From Raillietiella orientalis (taxonomy: Eukaryota), in the NCBI GenBank assembly GCA_036172245.1, contig JAYWIR010000020.1, positions 1,860,001-1,924,000 on the forward strand: 64,000 bases of DNA, in the 5' to 3' direction. Positions 12,688 to 23,605 of this stretch are shown here, piece after piece. The notes under the pieces are model-generated. The model ran no database searches. It had not been told where the DNA came from and saw only the letters and a program-made list of their open reading frames with translations. How positions within the stretch are numbered: position 1 is the first letter of the stretch; each line of letters starts with the position of its first letter. Both the position numbers and the translations under genes were made by a program.

Positions 12688-15600
12688 GCACGCGCTCGTT
12701 TGCCCCTTTCACTTTCCGAGACGGCTCGATGGCCAGCTGACGTCATCGCACAGGCGGCGGCGGCGGCGGCAGGAGCAGCAGCAGCGGGGCGGGGCGGCCT
12801 GCGTGGCCCGACCGCGCGCGCTCTGCGAGGAGTCGTCGTCGGCTGCGTTGCCATGACCGCACTCGCTCGAGCGCGCCGCAGTCTGCGGCTGCCAGTCGGC
12901 GCGCGTGCCTGTGCGCATGCTATTGGCGCTGTCTCACGTTGCTTCATCGTGGCGGGAGGAGGGGGGGGAGGAACGGGTAGGCGGGGGCGGAGGAAAACCC
13001 GCCTTGGCTCGTGCGGGACAACGGGGAGGGACGCGCCCGCCGCCTCTCCTACCCTCCCCCTCACCTTCCGCCCGCGTTCCGCTCAGCCCGCTGCCGTGAG
13101 GACCCTCGTCCGGGCGCGCGCGGCTCAGGAAGAGCTCGGTGGTGCCGGCCGTCCGCGCAGGAGGGAGGAGGTTGCCTCGGAGACGAGTTGCTCCCCCTGT
13201 TCCCGTCCCTCTTCGTCCCTGGAAGCGATCCGGCGCCGATACTGTCATCCCGCCCGCATACGGGGGTCTGCTCCGAGGGACACCTGGGAGGCGAAGGGAG
13301 AGCAGGGAGGAGATTTCCGGGTGGCGGAGCGCTTTTGGGAGGCGCACGGGAAGGGGACTCTCCCTCTCTTCCGTTTCCTGGCAACCGGCGCGACCGCGGT
13401 TCGGGAGCGAATCCCGCAGGGCGGGGCGCGCACGCGGCGTCGGGTTCTTCTGGGAGGGGCGGACAGTCGAAGGGGGTCCTCTTGCAGGAAAGGCGGCAGC
13501 GACGCCCTGCGGCGCGGACTGCCCCTGACCGTGATCTGCCGCGCGCGCGAGCTCCGTCGGCAGCCTCGGGGACGGGAAGGGCGCATTCTACCGGAGCTCC
13601 CGTTCCGGGTCAGGGGTCAGGTGCGCGCCTCCAGTGGGTCCGCTGCGAAGTCGCCGGGGGAGAGGGACCGCTTGCTCGCAACACGCGCGCGCCTGGGGCA
13701 ATGCGTGACCTCTTGAACTTCCCGCCGTCCGCAGGGCGGATGCGCCATCCGCCCTCCCCCCCTTCCGGGGAGAGAAGCGACGGAGCGAGCGGCCGCCTCC
13801 AGGGCGCGGTGGCACTGCGAGAGCTCCCCTGACCATGGGGGAGGGCCGACCTTGATGGAAGGGGGGAAAAGAAGCGGATCTGTGGGGATTGCTCCAGGGG
13901 AGCAGCAGAGAAGGTCGCAGGCGATCGTTCGACCCTCGACAGGTCCGGAGACGGAACTCTCCCGAAGGGAACAGCTCCCAGCGGACATCCAGGAACCCGG
14001 GAGTCGGAGAGGGGGGGGGGGAGTCTTCGCTGCATCCAGGAGAGGCCACGCCAGAGGGCACTTTCGGGGGAAAGGTCACAGGTCGTGCGACCTGTCGCCA
14101 CCCATATGCGGGAGCAGCTGCTTCTCCAGAAAGATGGAGCCGAGGATGCGAGGGACTCTCCAGAGCGGGCGGCTCCCGCGTAGATCCACGATGAGGATAA
14201 TGCGGTTCCGCTCAGCATCCTTACCCGGGCCACTCCGAGAGAGGCGCGCATCCTCGCCGGGAATCCAAGACGGACGGAGAACAAGATGAAATTTTCGCGT
14301 CTCTGCAGGAGCAGCGGCGCGGAGATAGGACATGCCGCGCGGTGTATCCTTTCAACGTTCTAAGGAGCGCTCGGAAGCAGGGCTCTGGGAGAGGAAGCCG
14401 ATGCTGGCGAAGCACCTCTTCCTGCGAAGATCGGCTTCCCTGAGGACGCGCACCGATGTCCTTTCCCTTCCTCCAGGTTTCCCGGACGAAAGCCTCGAAG
14501 ACGACGATTTCCGCCGCCGCCGCTGCGCGGACTGCGGACGTGGGCGGATGACGCGGAACAGGCTAGAAGCAGCAGCGGCGCACGGGACGGCGAGCGGTCG
14601 CGTGGGTGCAGACGCACCTGGAGGGCGCTGGGAGAGGCCGCGCGAACGCGGGGGTGGGTCCAGCCGCCGGTGTTCCGCCTCTGCGCGGGTGGCGGGACCA
14701 GTGCGGCGGGGGTAGACCTCTGGGGGCGGCGGATCCGCTCCTGGGCCGACCGACTGAAGACGGAAGATGGACGGAGTGACGGTGCCCGCGATCGCGTAAG
14801 AGGGAGTCGGGGGCAGGCGAGCTGGCGGCGACTTTGCTGTCACCACCACCGCGGGGCTACAAAGCCGGACGCTTGCGAGGATACTGCAGGGTTGACAGAT
14901 GTGGGCTCGAGATTCGACGGCCTCGCTAAGGCAGGCACGTTCGGCAGAATCGAGCGGGCGGGGGGGGGGGACGAAGTCACTGCATGGAGATGAGCAAAGT
15001 TTGCAGGTTGTGAACCGAAAGCTCGCTGCGAAGTGGCATCCTCGCAAAGCAACATGGCGGCGGCAGCTCTTCCCGTGAAGGCCGGCGGGGAACAGCGTTC
15101 AGCTTTCGACATCCTTTCTGGAAAGCTCCCTTCCTTGGAGACGACCGCCTTTCCGGACGCCGGCGCCTACAAGTTTCGGCGACGACCGCCTTTCCGGACG
15201 AACGGCGCCATGCTTACGCTCTTGGCGCACGTGGTTGCAGGTGACGAAAGCCCTCGTGGGAGAAATGGATAGCGGCCCGTGCCAAGTCCTTCCTGGACCG
15301 TTGTATCCTTCTAGTGCTGCTGAATCTTGAGCTCCCTTTTCGCCGCATCATTCCTTGGATCCAAGGATGTCGGGAGTCCCACGATCAGCGCGCTCGCTGA
15401 CCCAACTGAAGAACTGAAGTTCCAGTTGCCTGACCACCCCCGTGGGGAGCTTTCGAAGGGTGAAGTCCACGGAGACAGCTCGTCTTGTCCTCGCGGTAGG
15501 GTGCGCAGGCGCCGGCTTTTGCGGGCTAGGGCTTACAGGCCCCCGCCGTCTGCTCGATCCTTCCGAAGGGCTGTGCGGGCGTGCCCTACTGTGTCGTGTC

Positions 15601-17080
15601 CGATCCGCGCCTCGGATGCGGTCCTCAGTTCCCAGCATCCCCTCCTCCTTCCTCCTCCCTACCAGGAGACCCCGGTTGGGGCAAGCAGCGCTCTGTGCGC
15701 CTTGTGGTCCCGGGTCCGGGGACTCCTCGGTGGCTGGCAGCTCTCGGCAAGTGCTGTTTTTTCCTTCCCCATCCCCCCTCCACCTTTATTTTTTATTCCT
15801 CCGGGATTTCTGTTTCCTTTAGCAACCGTTCCAGTCCCGTCGAGCAGAGGGAGCCGTCCCAGCGTCGGGGGCTCGACCGGGCTGGAGAAGGGCTACAAGC
15901 GGACGCTCCTCGGGAGTCCCCACCACTACTCCCCACCTTGAGGCATCCGCCCAGGGCCGGCGCCGCGGGGAACTCGCCGCCTGATTGCAAGCGGAGAGTT
16001 GTCCCTGGATCCTGAGAGAAGGAGGAGGGGGAAGCTCGGAGGGAGCCCATCTGTCCTGACGCCCCCTGCGAGTCGCGATTTCATCCCTCGGGTGCGAAAC
16101 ACCGGTCGGCGGATCCCCGCTTACCCCGGGAGCTCCCCGGAGAATCCTCTAGAAGAGGCTCCCGAAAGCTGGTCGCTGGATCGGGAGAGGAGAGGGAGAG
16201 ACTGATGGGGGCGTTTGCGAGGCAGGGCCGAAGGGAACCTTCGCCACGGCGCTCCGTTGGCGCTCGCGGTGGCGGAAAGGAAAGGAAGCATAGAATCGAA
16301 GGAGTGGGGAGGAGGAGGAGGGAAACAACAAAACGCCATAACCACAGACGGATGACGCTCGCGCAACGCATCATGCGTGCCTCCTCATCCAAGATGCTCA
16401 TCGGCCGTGCTCGGACGCTGCTCGGATGCCCTCTGGTTCGCCAGGCCTCCTCGAAGTGACATCACAACCCGCCTCGGTCGCTCCCGAAAGACAGTCCCTC
16501 CTCCCTGCCCTCGGCGGACCCCCTCCGGGAAGCCCCATCTTCCATCCTCCTCCACCCCTGCTCCTCTGGACGAACTCCCGGGCCCTTGGCGAGACGGGAG
16601 GCGCGTCCGTCCGTGGCATCCCTGCTGATGGCGTCCTCCCGCGTCGAGGGGGCGCTCCTGGCATTCCAGAGTTTCAGTTCGAAAGGAGTCCTCCTGACGG
16701 GACCTCCTGGTCCTCCTTTTTCCAGTCCTCTGAAGCTCTGGGGGTTCCTCCGCGTCTCCCGGCGCCGTCGCGACGCCTCCGAGGGGCCTCCCGCGGGAAG
16801 CTGGCGCGGTCGATGCCGATCGCCCCGGCTCTTCGCCACCGCGCCTTCCGCGCAGCGCTAGGCTCTTCCGGGAGCGCTCCGAAGTCCCGAAAGGTCACCG
16901 AGGAACAGAACTCACATGTGCTCACAGGTCAACATGCAAATTCATTCCAGCACGCGTAGCCATTCGCGTTCACCGCCGCCAGCCTGCATAACGGGAATGG
17001 AAACACATGCGATCATCAACATTCAGCGGCACACATTCCATCATCATTAATAAAAGGGATCTCTCTTTGATTACATCATT

Positions 17081-17340
17081 CATATATATGTTAAAGATTC
17101 ATGTATTCATTATATATATATATGTGCATATATATATATATATATATGTGTGTAAATATGCATATATATATACGTTTGTGTGTATGCATGTAAATATACA
17201 TTTATATACATAGAAAATTATTGTACACACAGAAAGTAAATACATACTTGCATACTTGTAGAAATATATATATATATATATTTCTACAAGTATGCATATT
17301 TCTGCACACACACGCATATATATATATTCATATTTACATG

Positions 17341-17371
<31 letters not shown>

Positions 17372-17534
17372 GCATTATATTATTGATATGTATATATATA
17401 TATATATCAAAGATATATATATATACATATCAATCAATCTATATATCTATATATATATATATTTCTATAAATATGTATGTATGCATTTACGTTCTATAAG
17501 TGTCTTTATTTTCTATATGTATATTTACATTTGT

Positions 17535-17566
<32 letters not shown>

Positions 17567-17700
17567 GCAAATTTATAATCGCTTTTGTATATGTGCGTGC
17601 GCATCTATACACATGTTTATATTCAATTGTATACATTTATATTATCTATAAATATTATTCCATGGATACATCTTTGCATAAGTGTACATGTGAATGTAAG
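17081..17700. repeat. Compound imperfect (TA)n/(CA)n/(TG)n microsatellite
   Basis: About 600 bp of tatatata/cacacaca/tatgtgtg runs; the overlapping Ile/Tyr-rich ORFs are artefacts of the repeat. Confidence 0.95.
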
Positions 17701-19109
17701 CGATAAGCTTGTACGTTTGCTTTTTAAGATGCTTCGGGATTTGGATCGCCCGAGGCGGCCGCGAGGGGGAGTCTCCACCAGGTTTCGCCGCCCTGGGGAC
17801 GGCCAAGAAAAACCCTCGGAGCGGCCGGTATCGGAGGCTCCAAGGGCATCGCTCTCGGTCAGTTCCAGGCGACCTCAGTTCCCGACGGGATTCCCAACAT
17901 GCCGGTCACCTCGCGGGAGGTCCTCCCGCTGCTTGCGCAGCGCCGAAAGGCGGAGAAAGAGGAGAGAGGAGAGTTGCGGGAGTTCTCCTCGAGGGCTGGG
18001 AGGCGGGGAGGAGGGGGCCGTGCAGACCGGATGGGGGGGGGAGAACGAAGGGACTTCCGGGCGCAGTCTCGAGGAGCGCGCGCTGTCTGGCCGAGCTCAG
18101 TAGCTGCCGGCATCTTCGGGCGCCTGATGGCCCAAGATGGCCGACGATCCCCCGCCAGTCCCCGGGCTCAGCTTCCTCAGCAGCGAGCCGCAGCGGTGGT
18201 CGGACTTCCCCATGACATCCTCTGACCTGCCACTCGCGCCACCAGGCAGGGCGAGTGCTAGACTTACCGAAAAGGCCCGTGTCGTCCCGGAAACGAGAGA
18301 GGGGGCGTTCCCAGAGGAATTCAGCAGGCACCGTGGAACCCCTTCGTCGCCGTGGACGCTTCCGCCCCGTGGGAGGGAAGGCACGGGAGGTGGGCGCGCG
18401 TCTTGAGGGCGACGGCGCGCTGTCTCGGAGGATGCGCTCCGGATGTGGGATGACCTCAAAGCGGGTTTCCGCTCTCACCGCCTCGGGGCGTCCGCGCGTG
18501 CCTCGCCCAGCCTCTCGAGATGGGAAGCTCTCTGTCACGTCTTCGGCGGGGAGTGGGTCAGCAGCCGGACGGCTGTGGGGACTCGTGGCGAGCCAGCGAC
18601 CTCGACCGAAGGGGGAGGGCGACCCTGATGAGGCTGCCGGGTAACCGGCAGCCTCCAAGCTATTCTGGAAGTGGGTTCGAGGCGGGAGTCGGCGGGAACC
18701 AACGCTCCGGGGAGAAGGGGAAAGCGCGGGACTCGCTTGGCCTCACGAGAGAGCCCGCTTGCGGCTTCGGAAGAGGCGGGAAGGGAGGTGGGAGAGGGCG
18801 CACAGCGCTCAGGGGCGCCCGCCGGGTCAGCAAGGAGTCGGGGGGGAGGCCGGAAGTTCTCAAGGGGCGCGTCGGGAAGGATGCAACGTGCCGGAACATG
18901 GGTGGTTCCCGGAATAGGACACCAGGACCACCGGGAAACGGGGTGCTAGCAGCGCGAAACCCTCCAAGTTTCCATGCTCTCCTCCCAGCTTTTTCATTTG
19001 CCCTCCATCCCACCTTTTCTCCCTCTTTTTCTTTGAGGGGGGGGGCCAGCCAAGTGCTGGAGAACGTCTAGCCTTCCCCCTTAAGGGAGGTCACGTGACT
19101 CTCTTAAAG

Positions 19110-19740
19110 GCTGTCCACGCGCGCGTTGGCACCAAGTAGTCGAGGGTTCGAATCCCGCCCGAGGGGAGTATAGAGACGCCAAGAAATGGGGGACGCGCCA
19201 GGATGACCTCATTGGCCTCGGTTGGCTTCGGGTGAGCGGCGCTGGAGGGAGAGCCGGAAACTGCTTGCGGATGTCTTCCCGCGGGCTGATCGGGTTCGGA
19301 AGTCGACCCTTCGGGGTCCTTTCAGGAATCAGGGAGCTCCACCCGGTTCCCTCCAGGGTCTCCTCTCCGGTTTTGAGGATGGGGCCATGGAGACGGTTGA
19401 GGACTCTCCAGACTAACAAGAAGCTCGCAGCCCCTCCGGGGAGACCTTTCAGGGAAGTCAGGAAGCGTCCCTTCGGGGTTCTCTTCGAAGGAGAGAAAAC
19501 CAGGAGTGAATCCGGGGGGTCCCTCCGGAGACAACCAGGGCGGAGGGTTCCCTCCCGGGACCGAGAGGAACGGCCTGCTTCCTGCGGGGCCTACCTGGAT
19601 TCACAGGGTGGCCCCTCCGAGGTTGGACCTGAAGAGTCACACGCACCCTCGGGTGGCCTCGGCAGTCTTCGAAAGAGTCTCGCGACTTCTCCTCAAGGGA
19701 AGAGGCTGGCGGTTCTTCAGCATTTGGCGAACCCTCTGCC
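19110..19740 (+). mobile_element. tRNA-derived SINE-like repeat, copy A
   Basis: Pol III B-box GGTTCGAATCC at 19145-19155 followed by cgccc...gagacgccaagaaatgggg. Body motifs gtcgacccttcggggtcct and cctggattcacagggtgg...tgaagagtc...gcaccctcgggtggc...ggttcttcagca are shared with the other copies. Confidence 0.7.
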
Positions 19741-22149
19741 CCTTCTCCTCCCCCTCTCCAAAGAAAAAGAAAAGGAAGAAAAAAAAGCTGGGAAGGCAGG
19801 GAAAGCAGGAGAAACTGAGAAGACATTCCAGAGCAGATCCTAGATATCCCGGTGGGCAACCCCAGGGACATTTTCGGACGCCTCTTTGCGCGCGGTACCG
19901 CCACTGCCGCGTGTGTCCCTCGCAGTTCCATCCTGTCTTCACGGGATTACGGCGGCCTGGAACGCGGGAAGAGGAGTCTGAAACTGCAGGGTGACGTCCA
20001 CGAGGCGTGGATCTCCCTGTAGGCCTCCTCGAGATAACCCCACCCGGGCACCATCTGGAAGCGGACGGAACTTGCCGGCATCCTGAGAAGGATGCAGACG
20101 GCTCCGGGCAGCGTACTGTGGTCCACCCTCCACCCCCCCGTTTTGTTTGTTTATTTTATTTTTTCCCCTCCCCCTTTCCCCCAGACTGCTGGGCGGACCT
20201 CGTCTGTCCGCGTGCCGCTCTTGGGCAGGTTCATCGCGCATAGTAGAATCAACAGTTTCACCAAACCAATGTAGTTTCATCACCTATGTAATGAATCCCC
20301 GGGGCATAACCGGGTGACAATCGTCCCAGACCAATAAGCAATGACGACCTTCCCTTGAGGTGACTGCTGGCCTTTGAAAGAAGAACAAAAAAGAAGAAAA
20401 AAAAAGTGGAGGATGGGGAAAGGGGGGGGAGGCAGAGCAAACTAAGCGGGAGCTTCACGCGGAAGGGACACCGGCTGCCGCTGTTGACCCGCTTCCGACT
20501 GCCTCCTTCTAGAGCAGCTGGAATGGTCCAGTTCGCAGGCCAGCCTTCCCGCCCCCACCTGCGCACCCGCTGCGGCGCATAGCCCTGCCCACCCCTCCAG
20601 TGGCTTCCCCGCCCGAAGTCCGACGAACTATCCCGCAGAGTCACCGCTGGCAACCCATGCTTCTTCTTGGAACCCCGCGCGGCAGACCGTCCAGAACGAT
20701 GGCTCCTCCCACTGCTTTCGCAGCCCTGTCAACCGCCCTAGAAATGTCCCTCAAGCTCACGCGCGGGGCTTCAGGCGTCCAGGTCGGCAAGCGGGAGCCC
20801 TGCAAATCGCGGCGTTTGGCTCGTCGCCGCATGCGGACCGGACCTCGTTGCAAACGCCCCCCGGAGTGTCCTCCCTCCCCGAGAAAGGTAGAGATCTCTT
20901 GCCCTTTCACGGGACCTTTGCTGCCCGAGAGGGCAACGACACTACGTGTCTCCCGTCGACCCCCTCTTCCGGTGGCCTGCTCTTTGCCGAGCCCGCGTGT
21001 GTCTTCCTCCGCAAGCACCCTCTTGCAAGATGTGGCGGACGACTCACCCCTACCCCATCATCCCTTCACCCCCTTCGCGTGGCTAGGGGCATGATGAGGC
21101 CTGCGGGACCCGGACCGCACAGCTTCCGGAGGATCATGGACAAACCTGCCGCCCGCCGGACGCGGACGCTTTGCAGGGATCGGCGGATGCTGAGCGCGTG
21201 TCCGGAGAGACCAACCCTCACCAAGCGGCGGCGGAACTCCGGCCGAAAGCGCGGAGTTTCGTCCACCTCGCTGCCGGAGCTGTCGCGCCGGCAGCTGCAT
21301 CGAGGAGACGCCGAGGGTGGGCGCGTCCGCTTTGGCGGCGGCGCCGGATAGCGCAGCGTCCCGGAGATTTCGCTCCACCCCGGCTTCGACGCCCTGGGTG
21401 TCTTCCTTTCCCAGAAGTCTCCATACACTGGGCCGGCTTCCCCGAATCCACCGTTGCTTGGAACTAGGGTGGTCACGAGACGCTTGGGGGCATTGGTAGA
21501 CGTGGTGCTGTTTGGATGACCTTCAGCCGGAGTCATTTCCATGCAGTTGCGCAGCTTCCGTCACTGGACAAGCTAACAATCATCTTGTGGTACATGCGGG
21601 TATACATAGCCGTACGGCGTGCCCATCAGACAGAAAAGATTGATGACCCCCTCTCTCTTCCTGGAGAAAGTCCGAGACGTCCAAGAGAGCTGGGAACAGA
21701 TGGCAGGTCTCCACCAGCAGGGGCAGCATCCCTTCGGATCCCGGGACTTCCGATTTTCATCCCGCCCTCCGGACCACCGTTGAGGAGACCCCGCTCAGGG
21801 AGGAGATCGCGAGTGGGTGTGCCTGGAAGGTCGGGTTTCGACTCTCAACGGCGCTCCGTGTGCCACCGGGACGGGACGGACCTCTGCCGCCCAGTCGGGA
21901 AGGAGCCACGATACGCTCCGGGGAAACCACCGTCCTTCCTCGGAGCGGAAGAGGCGCACTTTGTGTGGACGTCCCCTCAATGCTCTGCTCTTCTCGTAGC
22001 GCGACGGCGGAGGAACGAAATAAGACATACTCACCCCTCCTCCTCATCTCTTGCCCACGTTTTCATGGTCCCCCCCCCTTCCCCATGTGCGCGGGCGCTC
22101 ATAATCCTGGAATGCTGCCGACCAAGCCGGAATCGAAGACCCAGCACCA

Positions 22150-22840
22150 ACGGTCTCCCCGCGCGCGGTGGCGCAGGGAGTCGCGGGTTCTAATCCCGCC
22201 CGGGAAATTGCCAAGACGCCGGGGAACGGGGAGGGAGGCGTCCTGGGCTTCGAGTCCTCCCCCACCACGGGACGACACTGGGTGGCCCCACTGGCTTTGG
22301 ATGCAGCGCCGGTGGAGACCAGATGCCCCGTGAGCTGATCAGGATGGTCGACCCTTCGGGGTCCTGCCAGGACATGAAGGGGCCCTTCGGGGCTGCCTTT
22401 CGGTTGTGCAAATGGAGTTGTGCCATGGAGCTGGTTGATACGCCCCTCGAGGGTCGCCTCTCCGGAGTGTCAAGAATTGCACTGCCTCCCTCGGGGAGCG
22501 GTCCTTCGGGGTTCTCTTCAGAGGAGGAAACCAGAAACAGATCCTTTCCGGGAGTCTTTCCGGACAAGAGATGAGAAGTCAACTCCCCCTCCGGGGTCCT
22601 CCTGGAGAGAATAAGGAGAGGTCGGTTCCCTTCGGGATTTCCTTCGGGAACCATCCTTCTGGTTGCAACAGCTGCCTCTTTTTCCAGAGGCTTCCTGGAT
22701 TCATAAGGTGGTCGCTTTGGGATTGCTCCCCCGACTTGAAGAGTCGCGCACACACCCTCTGTTGGCGTCGAAGGTGTCAAGGAGCTTCGCGAGTCCCCCG
22801 TGTGGGAGATGCGGGCGGTGCTTCAGCACCTGGCAAACCA
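22150..22840 (+). mobile_element. tRNA-derived SINE-like repeat, copy B
   Basis: GGTTCTAATCCCGCCC at 22186; aagacgccggggaacgggg; gtcgacccttcggggtcct; cttcctggattcataaggtggtc...ttgaagagtcgc...caccctctgttggc...gcggtgcttcagca. Confidence 0.72.
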
Positions 22841-23349
22841 GGAAAAAAAGGAAAAAAAAGCCAGGAGGAAGGTAGGGAAACCGGAAAGAGCCCGGACGCC
22901 CTTCCTAGACGGCCCTTCGCTTTCTCATGGCCGAGGCCAGCAAGGGACCCCGAGAGCCACGCCCTTGCTTGCGCCAGCGGTGCCCTCGGAATTCCCGTCC
23001 GGGAAGCCGAGAGGATCGAAGTCCCAAGGCAAAGGGTCCAAGGTCGTAGACGTCCCGTCCGCGTGACCTCGCGTAACCCTCTCGGATCATTGCGGGCGCC
23101 GCCCGGAGGTGCAGCAAAGACTCCCGAATCTCCGCTCTCCCCGCCTCAGCTTCCAGATGGGCGCGAGGATGCTCGGCCGCCCCGCGAGCGGGCGCGCGAG
23201 AGCCAGAGAGGAAACGCGTTCGGTCCCGGAAGTGTGCCGTCTGGAAGGCGGCAACCGAGTCCGCGGAGTGGACTTCACGGAGGCGCCGGGAGGGGAAGAG
23301 GAGAAAGGTGCGCGCCCGGACGCGCTACTCTCGAGTGCGGAGCTAGAGC

Positions 23350-23605
23350 ACCGTCCTTGGTGTCAACGCGCACGGTGGCACCGCAGTGACGTCTCGTGTT
23401 CGAATCCCGCCCGGGGAAGGTCCGAGACGCCGAGAACGGGAGGGGGGAGGGGTTCGTCGCTGGTTCGAGTCCCTCCCGCGAAATGAGACTGGTCGATCCC
23501 CGGCCAAGTTTCGGGTGCGGCGCCGGCAGCAATTCAATCGGGGATTGGAGTCGACCTACCCGGGTCTTTCCAGGAACCAAGGATTCCTCCTTGGTTCCTG
23601 GAAAG
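23350..23605 (+). mobile_element. tRNA-derived SINE-like repeat, copy C (3'-truncated, ends in a perfect 18-bp foldback)
   Basis: GTTCGAATCCCGCCC at ~23398; second B-box GGTTCGAGTCCC at 23462; gagacgccgagaacggg; hairpin ctttccaggaaccaagga-ttcc-tccttggttcctggaaag at 23566-23605. Confidence 0.68.

Larger units (their letters stand above)
2099..12745. promoter_or_regulatory. Cluster of six perfect palindromic CRE (CREB/ATF) motifs TGACGTCA
   Basis: TGACGTCA at 2099-2106, 3369-3376, 5493-5500, 8969-8976, 12315-12322 and 12738-12745. The motifs are seen directly; regulatory function is inferred. Confidence 0.55.

Noticed and set aside
15140..15200. 20-bp direct repeat gacgaccgcctttccggacg at 41-nt spacing (similarly a 14-bp repeat at 1282/1315)
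   Set aside because: Only two units each; simple local duplications, not a CRISPR-like array.
19090..19099. GTCACGTGAC (CLEAR/USF-type E-box palindrome)
   Set aside because: A single occurrence with no associated gene.
19120..19170. Functional tRNA genes at the GGTTCGAATCC motifs (also ~22186, ~23398, ~26818)
   Set aside because: No intact cloverleaf (acceptor, D and anticodon stems do not pair), and each continues into a shared repeat body, so they are treated as SINE heads.
20200..20285. C/D-box snoRNA (minus-strand GTGATGA C box)
   Set aside because: No downstream CTGA D box or terminal stem at a suitable distance.
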